In this document: in pieces, positions 8,150 to 17,162 of the stretch | Layout: each line of letters starts with the position of its first letter | How positions within the stretch are numbered: the first letter of the stretch is position 1 | DNA from: a virus | Lineage: Duplodnaviria > Caudoviricetes | IMG/VR virus record: IMGVR_UViG_3300045120_000343 | Span: 1 to 57,727 of that record | Reading direction: 5' to 3' (one strand) | Length of the DNA stretch: 57,727 nt | The notes under the pieces: generated by a model | What the model was told of the DNA's origin: nothing | The model's input: only the letters and a program-made list of their open reading frames with translations | The model's database searches: none | Translations under genes and position numbers: made by a program

Positions 8150-9100
8150 TCAGCCAGAATGCTTGAGTAGTTCTATCTTTTCTTCGCGCAACAGACGCTC
8201 GCGAGCGCGTTGCTCGTCGAGGCGCTTTTGCTTGGCAGCGCGCTCGATGGATTCAACGCGCGACTGATCCACGATCACCTTGCCGGATTTGGCGAGCTCG
8301 CGCTCGGCAAAATCGAATAGGATTTTTTTATCCAGGCCCGATAAATAATTCAGCGTTTCGCTGCTGGCGATCGGAGGTTCGCTTTCATTTTCCTCGTCGG
8401 CCGTCTCATGCGCGAGAATGCGGTAGGCTTTTTCAAATTCGGCCCGCGGCATCAGCACGCCTTCCGGCGAGCGCTGCCAGTTGTCGAGTACGTCCTCGAG
8501 CCATTCCTTCGCGAGACCACGATCGCCGTTAAATGCTTTGGCGAGAGCGTCCTGGTTCGCCGGAATTGCACACAGACTACATTCGAGGATCTTTGCGGCG
8601 TTGAATTGCAGACCGCCTGTCCACGACCCATCCTCATCCAACATCATCTCGATCTGATCGAAATCAGGAATAAAACCGATCGACGCGCCCCTGACGTATC
8701 CGTTCTCAGCGTACCACGCCGCGGTGTCTACCTCGGGATTTGGTCCACCAGCCTTCAGAAAGGAGAGATCGCCTTCCATTCGCGGCGGCCTGGTGCGCAA
8801 CATCTTCTCGACGTTCTTCCAGGTGCCGATCGGCCAGGTGTCCGAGCGATGGCTCATCAGCGCGATCGGATTTTGTTCAAACTCGGTAATATCGAGGCCG
8901 GCGGTGACAACCACATCGCCCATTCGGTCGACCGATTGCGAGGACATCACAAATCGAGCCGAACGAGATCCCGAATCCCAGGTCGACGGTCCCTTCGCGG
9001 CCTTCATCATCAACTCAGATCCATCGGCGCCCTGCCGCATTTGGTCCTTGCGCAACTCATGGGCCTCATCGGCGGAAATGCGCTTCGTTCGCATGGGCAA
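8150..9100 (-). CDS. HK97-family prohead protease
   Basis: SSQSVDRMGDVV, NPIALMSH, PIG, GASIGF, ILECSLCAIPANQDAL. Confidence 0.9.
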   Translation of the reverse strand: MPMRTKRISADEAHELRKDQMRQGADGSELMMKAAKGPSTWDSGSRSARFVMSSQSVDRMGDVVVTAGLDITEFEQNPIALMSHRSDTWPIGTWKNVEKMLRTRPPRMEGDLSFLKAGGPNPEVDTAAWYAENGYVRGASIGFIPDFDQIEMMLDEDGSWTGGLQFNAAKILECSLCAIPANQDALAKAFNGDRGLAKEWLEDVLDNWQRSPEGVLMPRAEFEKAYRILAHETADEENESEPPIASSETLNYLSGLDKKILFDFAERELAKSGKVIVDQSRVESIERAAKQKRLDEQRARERLLREEKIELLKHSG

Positions 9101-9104
9101 TTCC

Positions 9105-10499
9105 TCACTCTTCGGCATGACCCGAGCCATTGCCGTTAGCGTGGCGCTTTTCAAAAGGCGATGGCAGCACCACGTCGTCCGATTCCTCGCGCGCCACTAA
9201 TTCCATTGCCAACTTGAGCAACGCCTTCGCGCTCGCCGGCGGAAGATTGTCGGGATTGGGATTCGGATTTGAATTCGGCTGCGGTGGAGCTGGGAACGTC
9301 CCGGCGGGCGCCATATTCAGAGGCTGTAAATAAACGTCGCCATCTGGATAATGATTTCGATTTTCCAGCTCGCGAATTTCATTCGCATTCAAGATGCCCC
9401 AGTTACGCGCGACGGCGTAGGCATCATATCGGCTCTTCGTGTCTCCTTTGAGCAGAGCATCAGGCAAAAACTCGAAAAAATATTGCTGTTGTTCTTGCTC
9501 AGTCAGAAGATCGCGGCCGAGTGTCTGCTCCCAGCGCCGAAACTCAGTCATGAGGCAGTCGGTGACGTACTCAAGCGACTGCATTTCGATGTTGCTGTAG
9601 GTCGAGCGCTCCAGGTCACCGACCTTATGCGCTGGAACGCGATAGATACGCCATATCTCCTGGTTCTGCATCTTGCGGGTATTGATGTATTCGGCATCGA
9701 CGTTAGTTAGGCCGGTCGCGACCCAATCCATGCCGCCGTCAAAGATCGCGATCCGGTGCGAGTTCTCGACGCCGCGGTACTTACGCTCCCAATCCTCGCG
9801 AAGCTTTTTCGCCGTAGCCTCGTCGACTACACCCGGCAGTTTCACCGCACCGCGCGGTTGCGCGGAATTGCCGAAGAACGCGGCGCCATATTTCTCCGCC
9901 GCGACAGCGAGCCCGATCGTCTCGCGATGATGCGCAATCGGCGATAGACCCACGATGCCGTCGAGCGAGATGCCGCGCAGATGCATAACGGCATCGGCCG
10001 GAAGCGTCTCGACCGCGCCATAGGGACGGGTAATCCGATAAAATACATCCTGCCAGTCCGGCGTAACGAAGACTTGCACCCATTTCCATGGGATTGGCCA
10101 TAGCGCAGTGACGCGCCCGCGCAAGTCAAAATCTTTCAATGCGAGCGCATTGCCGCGCAAATCTAACTCCGCCTGCATCATCTGGCGGAAATCGAATGCC
10201 GTCATCCGCGGATTGGGCGCGAGATTGATCAAGTTGTAGAGTGCGTGATCGGTCGCCCGCTCCTTGCCTCCATCGGGCAAGCGCCGATAAAGCAAACATG
10301 GAATTTTGGCGACGTCTTCCGATCGGACGCGTATGCATGCCCACACGGCCGCGAGCCGCATGGCCGATTCCGGCGTGACCGCGATGCCGGACAACGTCGG
10401 CTCGCCGCCGTGAATCCAATCGACAAACCAGCTTGACGGATTGGTCGACGTGCTCGTGTCCTTGCGCCGCCACGGCAAAATGCGGTCAAGGAAGCCCAT
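9105..10499 (-). CDS. HK97-family portal protein
   Basis: AVWACIRVRSEDVAKIP, NPRMTAFDF, RGNA, GIVGLSPI, YSNIEMQ, LNANEIRELEN. Confidence 0.95.
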   Translation of the reverse strand: MGFLDRILPWRRKDTSTSTNPSSWFVDWIHGGEPTLSGIAVTPESAMRLAAVWACIRVRSEDVAKIPCLLYRRLPDGGKERATDHALYNLINLAPNPRMTAFDFRQMMQAELDLRGNALALKDFDLRGRVTALWPIPWKWVQVFVTPDWQDVFYRITRPYGAVETLPADAVMHLRGISLDGIVGLSPIAHHRETIGLAVAAEKYGAAFFGNSAQPRGAVKLPGVVDEATAKKLREDWERKYRGVENSHRIAIFDGGMDWVATGLTNVDAEYINTRKMQNQEIWRIYRVPAHKVGDLERSTYSNIEMQSLEYVTDCLMTEFRRWEQTLGRDLLTEQEQQQYFFEFLPDALLKGDTKSRYDAYAVARNWGILNANEIRELENRNHYPDGDVYLQPLNMAPAGTFPAPPQPNSNPNPNPDNLPPASAKALLKLAMELVAREESDDVVLPSPFEKRHANGNGSGHAEE

Positions 10500-10526
10500 C
10501 GACCAATCCCCGTTCCCTTACGGTGC

Positions 10527-10856
10527 TTACGTGGTCGGGACGTTGGCGGCGGCCGTCGCCAACCGTGAGCTGCGCGCGGTCAGCGCGCCGGCTAGGTCAG
10601 TAATGCGCTTTGCCGTGGCAGGATCGGTCTGACCGGTCTTGAGGCCAGCGACGAGAGCCGTCACCGCCACGAGAATCTGTTCTACCGAATCGTCGGTGTC
10701 GGCATTTGCCTTCGCTGCAGCTTCGGCAGCGTCGAGTTCTGCTTCATATGCCACTTTGATATCCCTTTCTGTTTGCAACAGTTCCCGCATGATCCAATGC
10801 TGGTTTTGCTCGATGCGGGCGAGTTGAGCAGCCAGGTCGTTCCAGGTGAAATACAT
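10527..10856 (-). CDS. Hypothetical helical protein
   Basis: Open frame upstream of the portal gene; Ala-rich amphipathic helices. Confidence 0.55.
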   Translation of the reverse strand: MYFTWNDLAAQLARIEQNQHWIMRELLQTERDIKVAYEAELDAAEAAAKANADTDDSVEQILVAVTALVAGLKTGQTDPATAKRITDLAGALTARSSRLATAAANVPTT

Positions 10857-10870
10857 GGGTTTTCCGTACC

Positions 10871-10937
10871 TATGCCATTTCGGCATGCCACCTATGCCAT
10901 TTTGGCAATGGACTCGTCTGTGCCGTTATGGCATATT
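10871..10937 (+). promoter_or_regulatory. Promoter A with three TATGCC-N5-GGCATA-type operators
   Basis: Sites start at 10871, 10893 and 10919; TGGACT-N17-CATATT at 10909-10937. Confidence 0.7.
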
Positions 10938-10986
10938 CCAAATCGTCGGGAGGGCGATGGTGCCCAACCAAAACCGGGAGGTTCCA

Positions 10987-11160
10987 ATGAACGATGCAGC
11001 CCTCACCCAGTTCCGCGCCCTCGCCGAGGCAATGCAGACCGAGCCAACAACTTGGGAATGGACCGGCCCGCACATGTCGCAGCGGATGTTCGGGATTACC
11101 GAAACTCGCGCCAAGACATACGCAGAGCGCCACGGGGGCGAGGCCCGCCGAATGGATTGA
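10987..11160 (+). CDS. Hypothetical 57-aa protein
   Basis: GGGAGG SD, ATG at 10987, downstream of promoter A. Confidence 0.6.
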   Translation: MNDAALTQFRALAEAMQTEPTTWEWTGPHMSQRMFGITETRAKTYAERHGGEARRMD

Positions 11161-11250
11161 CCCGCTGGTCGCACCAGCGGCCGGACTAGGCAGCGGAGCT
11201 AGCCTAGCGCGCGAGGGGGCCAAGCGAAACGCCCCCACCTACTACCCTGA

Positions 11251-11317
11251 TATGCCGAAATGGCATATCAGCTATACCGAATTAGCAATTGTCCTTAATG
11301 TGCCCTTATGGCATAGT
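11251..11317 (+). promoter_or_regulatory. Promoter B with three TATGCC-N5-GGCATA-type operators
   Basis: Sites start at 11251, 11273 and 11299; TTGTCC-N17-CATAGT at 11289-11317. Confidence 0.7.
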
Positions 11318-11343
11318 CTGAACATCAGAACGGGAGACGGACA

Positions 11344-11520
11344 ATGAAGTACGAAACAGTTTGCATCCGCCGCCAAGGTTATAGCCTGCTTCACACCGAG
11401 GGCGCCGACTTCGCAGCCAAGGTGACTTATCACGGCTGGGAAGCTCGTCGCGGCCAAGTGTATACCTACGAAGTGGTTAGCGAGTGGCTGATCCCAATTC
11501 CTGGATATTGGGGGGAGTAA
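11344..11520 (+). CDS. Hypothetical 58-aa protein
   Basis: GGGAG SD; MKYETVCIRRQGYSLLH...; below the ORF-track cutoff. Confidence 0.55.
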   Translation: MKYETVCIRRQGYSLLHTEGADFAAKVTYHGWEARRGQVYTYEVVSEWLIPIPGYWGE

Positions 11521-11525
11521 CGGAC

Positions 11526-11753
11526 ATGACCCAGCAATTCCAAGTCGGCAAGACCTACGCAACCCGCTCGATCTGCGACCACGACTGCATCTTCTCCTTC
11601 GTCGTTCTCGGCCGCACCGCGAAGACGGTCACCGTCAACGTCCACGGCAAGACGGTTCGGCGCGGGCTTTCGATTTACGACGGCGTCGAGCAGTTCAGCC
11701 CCTTCGGCAACTACTCAATGGCCACCATCATCGGCGCGGACGACCTCACGTAG
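11526..11753 (+). CDS. Hypothetical 75-aa protein
   Basis: GGAG SD; FQVGKTYATRSICDHDCIFSF...RTAKTVT. Confidence 0.65.
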   Translation: MTQQFQVGKTYATRSICDHDCIFSFVVLGRTAKTVTVNVHGKTVRRGLSIYDGVEQFSPFGNYSMATIIGADDLT

Positions 11754-11757
11754 GAGA

Positions 11758-11940
11758 ATGAAAATGAAACTCTCAGATACCGAATGGAATGCGATCGAAC
11801 GCGCTCTGCGGATAGCGGCCGACCAATACGACAGCGATGCACATGACGCATCGTGCGCCCCTAACCACGAGCGAATTGAACGATGCTTCAAAGATCAGGC
11901 GATGCTTGCCAGGACCATAGCCGACAAGATCATCGTATGA
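11758..11940 (+). CDS. Hypothetical 60-aa protein
   Basis: AGGAG SD; tightly packed with its neighbours. Confidence 0.55.
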   Translation: MKMKLSDTEWNAIERALRIAADQYDSDAHDASCAPNHERIERCFKDQAMLARTIADKIIV

Positions 11941-12122
11941 CCACCGCCCAATACCTCGCCGCACTTCGCAAGCTCGGCCTTCCCCCTTACGGGAAGGCGA
12001 CTTGCGAAGCGCTAGGCTTGCGACCTCGGCAGATCGCGCGGATGGCCAGCGGCGAAAGCGACGTGACGGAGACCGTCGCGCTGCTGCTGCGGATGTATCT
12101 GCGGCATGGCCTCAGCGGGTAG
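11937..12122 (+). CDS. Small HTH DNA-binding protein
   Basis: MTTAQYLAALRKLGL...CEALGLRPRQIARMASGE..V...VALLLRMY, an Xre/Cro-like HTH pattern. Confidence 0.65.
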   Translation: MTTAQYLAALRKLGLPPYGKATCEALGLRPRQIARMASGESDVTETVALLLRMYLRHGLSG

Positions 12123-12127
12123 CCGCA

Positions 12128-13795
12128 TTACGCGAAGCCGCCGCGCTCGAGGATGGCGTGGCGCAACTGCGCGGCGATGTCCTCTTTGGCCGAGTCCCGC
12201 GACTTGAGCCCGAGCGCCATCGCCAGCGCGACCGCACCGTCAACCCGGAACCGCACCTTGGCCTTGTCGATCTTCCGGTTGCCGGCCGGATCAGGCTTCG
12301 CGACGATCGCATTACCGACGTTCCAGGTCAGCACCGGGTTGCCAGGGTGCACGAGCTTGCGTTCCATCACCGACTGTTCAAACGCGTCGACGGCCGGCGA
12401 CATGTCGCGGAAACCTTGCCCCCACGGGACGAGCCGCAGCCCGTCGCCCTTGTCGCCGTCCTTGAATGCGGCAAACCCGATCCGATCAAATTCCTTGACG
12501 AGATCCTCGATGCGCCATCGGTCGTAGGCCATCCCGAGCACGGTGAACTTCCCGCAGAGCTCGGCGATGCGCGTTGCAACGACCGCCTTGTCGATCGTCT
12601 TACCGGGCGATGCGAGGAGATGCCCAGCCTTGACCCATTCTTCGTAACGGCGACTGCCGGCGCCAAAGTCCCGGTGACTGTGTTCGGCCAGGAACTCCTC
12701 GGGCTTCCAGAAGAATGCCCGGACCTTCGACTGGCCATCGGCGCTGATCATAATCAGCGCCGTGAGATCGTTCACCGATGAAAGATCGAGGCCGAGGTAA
12801 ACGCGCTCCCGATCCGTGAAGTCAGCAACGCCGCCGCACGCCATCCATTCAGCGCGCGAGATCAGCGACGTCGTCGGCGAAACGCGCTGGTTCAGGTAGA
12901 GGTTCCGGAACTTCGCTTCCTCGGCCGGCATGCGCTGTGCCTTCCGAGCCACCGCCTTGAAATCCTCGAGTGACCGAAAGTCCCCAAGCGCCGGATTGGC
13001 GTCCTTCCAGACGTGTGGATCGAAGATGTTCTCGCAATCCTCGTCGACTGCGTAGAGATGCGTTACGATGGTCGGATCTTGCTTGCTCAAGCCGTCGTCG
13101 ATCAGCTTCGACAGAATATGCTCTGGGTCGTTCGACTGCGTCGAGATGACCACGAACAGCGGCTCGGCACGGCCGCCCATTGACGTGTCCAGCACGTCGT
13201 ACAAGTCCCGGCTTTTCGCTTGCGCCAACTCGTCGAAAATAATTAGCGATGGCGAATAACCGTGCTTTGTTCCGGCTTCAGCCGAGATGGCGCGATAGAC
13301 AGATCCCGTGCGCAGCCCAAGCAACGTCTTCGTAGACGGAATTACTTTGACCAGCTCCTTTAGTTCGGGATCCGCCTCAATAATTTGCCGAGCAAATTTG
13401 AAGACGATCGAGGCCTGATCTCGGTCGTTCGCCGCGGAATAGATTTCGCCGTTAGGGACTGCTTCAGGACCGATTAAGTGGACGAGGACCAGGCCGGCAA
13501 TCAACGCAGTTTTCCCGTTTTTCCTCGCGACCGAAAGAATTGCCCGCCGCACCGAACGCTTGCCATTCGTTCGCGGCTGATAAATCTCCCGGATGAAACG
13601 CTTTTGAAACGGCCTCAGCTCGAACTTCGCGCCACTTCCTTCGCCGCTCGGGACAATCAAGCATTGGAGGAACGCGATAACCTTGTCCGCGCGCTTCTTA
13701 TCCGATGAGACCGGCGAACTTGCTTTTTGCTTCCGTGACGGGGCCGACCGCAAGACGGGCGCGGGCTGCTGGTGTAAGTCCGAATTCGGATGCAT
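12128..13795 (-). CDS. terL: Terminase large subunit (true start probably nearer 13710)
   Basis: LRPFQ, Walker A VARKNGKT, IIFDELAQ, GLDLSSVNDLTA, YDRW, RVDGAVALAMA. Confidence 0.95.
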   Translation of the reverse strand: MHPNSDLHQQPAPVLRSAPSRKQKASSPVSSDKKRADKVIAFLQCLIVPSGEGSGAKFELRPFQKRFIREIYQPRTNGKRSVRRAILSVARKNGKTALIAGLVLVHLIGPEAVPNGEIYSAANDRDQASIVFKFARQIIEADPELKELVKVIPSTKTLLGLRTGSVYRAISAEAGTKHGYSPSLIIFDELAQAKSRDLYDVLDTSMGGRAEPLFVVISTQSNDPEHILSKLIDDGLSKQDPTIVTHLYAVDEDCENIFDPHVWKDANPALGDFRSLEDFKAVARKAQRMPAEEAKFRNLYLNQRVSPTTSLISRAEWMACGGVADFTDRERVYLGLDLSSVNDLTALIMISADGQSKVRAFFWKPEEFLAEHSHRDFGAGSRRYEEWVKAGHLLASPGKTIDKAVVATRIAELCGKFTVLGMAYDRWRIEDLVKEFDRIGFAAFKDGDKGDGLRLVPWGQGFRDMSPAVDAFEQSVMERKLVHPGNPVLTWNVGNAIVAKPDPAGNRKIDKAKVRFRVDGAVALAMALGLKSRDSAKEDIAAQLRHAILERGGFA

Positions 13796-14177
13796 ACCTG
13801 ACCATGTCGCTTGCGGCTTTGTTGGAAGTGCCGACCAATGGGTTCTGAATCGCGTTTCCGTTCGTCGTGCGGATCATCAGGCCGCCGGTGAGCAGATCCT
13901 TCGCGGCCATCTTCGCGAGCGCGCGTTCCGCATAAACCCATCGGCCATATGCCTGGCAATAGGCCGCGAGCGATGCGACGTCGATTTGCGTGAGCAATCC
14001 GAGCCGGTAAAGCTGAACGGACACCCGCGTCCACTCGACGCGCGCCTCGTCGGTGAGAAAATCCAGCGGCTCGGGCAGCGGCGCCGGATCAGGGCGAGGC
14101 TCATTCTGAGGAATCGGCCGCTTTCCTGGGTTGCCCTCGATCAGCTTCAGGTGCGCGGGCTTCATCTTGCGGCCCAT
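13698..14177 (-). CDS. terS: Terminase small subunit, P27 family
   Basis: KPAHLKLIEGNPGKRP, LAAYCQAY, QNPLV, EFGLTPAAR. Confidence 0.9.
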   Translation of the reverse strand: MGRKMKPAHLKLIEGNPGKRPIPQNEPRPDPAPLPEPLDFLTDEARVEWTRVSVQLYRLGLLTQIDVASLAAYCQAYGRWVYAERALAKMAAKDLLTGGLMIRTTNGNAIQNPLVGTSNKAASDMVRYASEFGLTPAARARLAVGPVTEAKSKFAGLIG

Positions 14178-15409
14178 TAGGCGGCCTCTTTATGCCTTTC
14201 GGCTTTGACTTGTGCGAACGATTTGCCGTCCAGCGTTGCTTCCTGTCCTGTGAAATCCTGCCAGCGGTTGATGCAGACGTCGATGTAAGCCGGATCAATC
14301 TCGATGGCGTGACACAAACGGCCGATCATTTCAGCGGCGATGATCGTCGTGCCCGAGCCAACGAACGGATCGTAGACGGCCTGCCCCGGCGAGGAGTTGT
14401 TCTCGATCGGCCGCTTCATGCACTCGACGGGCTTTTGGGTGCTATGGCCGGTCTCAGACTTCCGTGGTTTGTCGATTTGCCAGAGCGTAGTCTGTGTGCG
14501 ATCGCCTCTCCAGTGCCCATTAGCTTGCTGGCGCACCGCATACCAACAGCTTTCGTGCTGCGGGTGATAGTGTCCTCGGCTCATGACAAGCTGGCTTTTC
14601 GCCCACACTATTTCGGCGCGGATCGTAAACCCTGCCTCAATGAGGCTTTCAAACACGGTGCCTGCATGGAGCATCCCATGCCACACGTAGGCAACGTCAC
14701 CTGGAAATAACTTCCATGCCTCGCGCCAGTCCGCGCGATCATCGTTCGTGACCTTGCCCCTCGCTGAATTTACGCTAGTCCTACGGGCAGCGGCAGGATC
14801 GTAATTCACCCCATAGGGCGGGTCCGTAACCATGAGGTGTGGCTTCACAGCGCCGAGCAGCTTTTGCGCGTCCTCGGCGTTTGTCGCATCGCCGCACAAA
14901 AGCCGATGCCGCCCCAACGCCCACAAATCGCCGTGCATCGCGACAGGATTAACGGGCAGCTCAGGAGCCTCATCCGGATCCGTCAAGCCAGCGCCGCCCT
15001 GTGCCCGAATGGCGGCCATTTCGTCGCCGAACCCCAAAAGGTCCAGGTTGAAACCCATTCCATCCAAATCCGCGGCCTCCAGCCGCAGCAGATCGATGTC
15101 CCAACCGCCATTTAGCGCGAGCTTGTTATCGGCGATCGTGTACGCCTTGCGCTGAGCCTCGGTCCAGCCCCTCGCTACCATCACGGGAACATCGGCAATC
15201 CCGAGCTGCCGCGCCGCCAGTACCCGCCCGTGCCCGGCAATTATGCCGCCCGCCTCGTCCACCAGGACCGGCGTCGTCCAGCCCCACTCCCGCACCGAAG
15301 CAGCGATCTGCGCTACCTGCGCATCGCTATGCGTTCGAGCGTTCCGCGCATATGGAACGAGCCTCTCGAGCGGCCAGCGTTCAACTTTGTCGGCAGGCCA
15401 ATCGGTCAA
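14177..15409 (-). CDS. ParB-like N-domain fused to an N6/N4 DNA methyltransferase
   Basis: LVPYARNARTHS...IIAGHGR; VTDPPYG; HSTQKPV; DPFVGSGTT. TTG start at 15409 follows AAGGGGG. Confidence 0.9.
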   Translation of the reverse strand: MTDWPADKVERWPLERLVPYARNARTHSDAQVAQIAASVREWGWTTPVLVDEAGGIIAGHGRVLAARQLGIADVPVMVARGWTEAQRKAYTIADNKLALNGGWDIDLLRLEAADLDGMGFNLDLLGFGDEMAAIRAQGGAGLTDPDEAPELPVNPVAMHGDLWALGRHRLLCGDATNAEDAQKLLGAVKPHLMVTDPPYGVNYDPAAARRTSVNSARGKVTNDDRADWREAWKLFPGDVAYVWHGMLHAGTVFESLIEAGFTIRAEIVWAKSQLVMSRGHYHPQHESCWYAVRQQANGHWRGDRTQTTLWQIDKPRKSETGHSTQKPVECMKRPIENNSSPGQAVYDPFVGSGTTIIAAEMIGRLCHAIEIDPAYIDVCINRWQDFTGQEATLDGKSFAQVKAERHKEAA

Positions 15410-15414
15410 AACGA

Positions 15415-15505
15415 CCCCCTTATGCGATTTTGCGGAATCTAACGCGTCAGCTTGCGACGGTCCCGCGCCCCAAAGATTGCGATGATTTAGATCCCCCTCC
15501 CCGTG
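15415..15505. other. Probable cos/packaging-initiation region
   Basis: Inference from position between the HNH gene and the terminase operon, with G-runs (GGGGAGGGGG, AAGGGGG) as in HK97-like cos phages. Confidence 0.35.
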
Positions 15506-15852
15506 GGCCATCCTTCACCATCGATGGACTGAGCCGCAGGATATCGCCGACTTAGATCGACCGCTGACTTGCTGTTGAGCCAGAGCTCAGACTTGCCGAG
15601 CTTGCCCTGTTCGTACAGCCACTCGAGCCTGCGCTTGATGACGTCGTGATGCCAACTGCATGCGGGCTGTAACTCTCCTCCGTGGAAGCGCGAAGCATCG
15701 CCGCGATGTGGAACGACATGATCAGCCACCGTTGCTGGTGTGGCTAAGCCAACAGCAGCGCATCCGAGACATCGAGGATGCTGAGCCAAGAAGCGGGACC
15801 GGAACGCTTCCCATCGGCGATCATAGCCGCGTTGCCGAGCACCAATCCGCAT
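15487..15852 (-). CDS. HNH endonuclease (terminase-associated, HK97 gp74-like)
   Basis: RGYDRRW...HPRCLGC...ATVADHVVPHRG...LQPACSWHH. Confidence 0.9.
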   Translation of the reverse strand: MRIGARQRGYDRRWEAFRSRFLAQHPRCLGCAAVGLATPATVADHVVPHRGDASRFHGGELQPACSWHHDVIKRRLEWLYEQGKLGKSELWLNSKSAVDLSRRYPAAQSIDGEGWPTGRGI

Positions 15853-15874
15853 CGCTGCAGCGCATCCAATCGGC

Positions 15875-16108
15875 CTATCTGTAAACCCACGGAAGTAGGG
15901 GATAGGGGTTGCCGCCCAGCACTCCCACGATCCACACCACGATGACGATCAGGATCAAAAGCCCGACGATGATCTTCCCCCATTTGTAGACCTCAGCGTC
16001 CAGCGTGACGTCAAACAACAGCTTGAGGAGCCAGACGACCACGAACGCCACGAAGATGATCACCGCTACATGCAGCAGCAGATAGAGGAACGAGATCAAG
16101 AGGCTCAT
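15875..16108 (-). CDS. Small two-TM membrane protein
   Basis: Two strongly hydrophobic segments; first gene after the putative late promoter. Confidence 0.6.
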   Translation of the reverse strand: MSLLISFLYLLLHVAVIIFVAFVVVWLLKLLFDVTLDAEVYKWGKIIVGLLILIVIVVWIVGVLGGNPYPLLPWVYR

Positions 16109-16172
16109 GCCAGTCCGCTCCGCGGCGCCCGAAAAGCGCTGGTCCAAGAGACAGGTTTTGCTGAATATCGAT

Positions 16173-16203
16173 TTAATACCATTTTATCCGACGGGTGTGT
16201 CAA
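16173..16203 (-). promoter_or_regulatory. Putative late promoter (pR'-like)
   Basis: TTGACA at 16203-16198 with an AT-rich -10 region, immediately after the Q-position gene. Confidence 0.45.
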
Positions 16204-16817
16204 GAGCTTTTTCGACGTTCCTGTGCGTAACCTAGCTCCACAGCTAGCGTTTCTAGGCATTCCGTGAAGCGTTTTCCGACATAGCCTATCGACCGCTCGG
16301 AAGTGGGCACTCCGAATGATTCGGCGATCTGCCGCAGAAACTTCCGTTCGATGAGGATGTCGCGGCAGAGGCGAGCTCCGATCCTTCCGAGCTGCTTGTC
16401 CAGGGCTATCAGGTCTTTCACCGCACCGAGCTTCGCATCGCTGAATGGACTTGGCACCATGTTGCCGCCGTCGACGGGTTCTTTCGTAGTGTCCATCGCC
16501 TTGATCGACGAAATTTCCGCTATCTCGTACAGTGTTTGGTAGGCTCGGCCTGCGAGCAGTTGAGCATCATCAACACGCCCTCGATCGCGAAGGTGCCCGA
16601 GAGGATCGTCTCGCAGAGAGCGAACTACAGAAATTTTTCCGTCAACCTGAATTCGCTCACCGCCGATCACTTCGCCTGGGTCTTCGATTTCAACGATACG
16701 CAGATGAGCGTTCGACGAAACGTCACGCGCTCTGCGATCGGCGATAGCAGTTTGCTGGCCGCGATAATTTTTGCTCCTCGATTTGCGGCGTTGCCGCTCT
16801 GCGCGTCTGCTGGTCAT
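16200..16817 (-). CDS. Putative late-gene regulator (DUF6456-like, Q position)
   Basis: RDDPLGHLRDRGRVDDAQLLAG, C-terminal HTH-like LRQIAE...LETLA; last gene of the early-right operon. Confidence 0.6.
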   Translation of the reverse strand: MTSRRAERQRRKSRSKNYRGQQTAIADRRARDVSSNAHLRIVEIEDPGEVIGGERIQVDGKISVVRSLRDDPLGHLRDRGRVDDAQLLAGRAYQTLYEIAEISSIKAMDTTKEPVDGGNMVPSPFSDAKLGAVKDLIALDKQLGRIGARLCRDILIERKFLRQIAESFGVPTSERSIGYVGKRFTECLETLAVELGYAQERRKSS

Positions 16818-16973
16818 TTGGCCCCGCGCGCTTTGTCGATCGCGTCGACGTTGACGCCGTTCTCGATCAAAATATTGATGATGTCATGAGCTGCGCTATC
16901 CGACCGGCCTCCGTCATGAAAGCCCAAGCCGGCGTATTCCTCGCAGATGATTTTTGCGAACAGATCCTCAAGG

Positions 16974-17162
16974 CTAAACGGCTGCATGTTTTTTGCTTTC
17001 GTGCTCAGCGTCCAATTTGCGCGCCAGGAGTTTACGCTCTATCCGCGAAACGACATCGAAGGCTTCGCGATCCTCCGATTGAGACAGTTCCGGCGAGTAG
17101 TTCATTTCAATTTCGGAAACGATTGCCTCAATCCTTGCCAGCAACAAATCGGTTTGGCTCAT
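16974..17162 (-). CDS. Hypothetical protein
   Basis: ATGA overlap with the helicase stop. Confidence 0.45.
   Translation of the reverse strand: MSQTDLLLARIEAIVSEIEMNYSPELSQSEDREAFDVVSRIERKLLARKLDAEHESKKHAAV

Noticed and set aside
9245-9290. Pro-Asn repeat in the portal C-terminus
   Set aside because: Ordinary low-complexity linker.
10871-11315. Triple palindromes as resolvase res sites
   Set aside because: Arrays are only about 65 bp, overlap well-spaced promoter boxes, and no serine resolvase is present; operators fit better.
14177-15409. ParB-methylase as a plasmid partition system
   Set aside because: No ParA partner; ParB-N/MTase fusions next to terminase genes are common in temperate phages.
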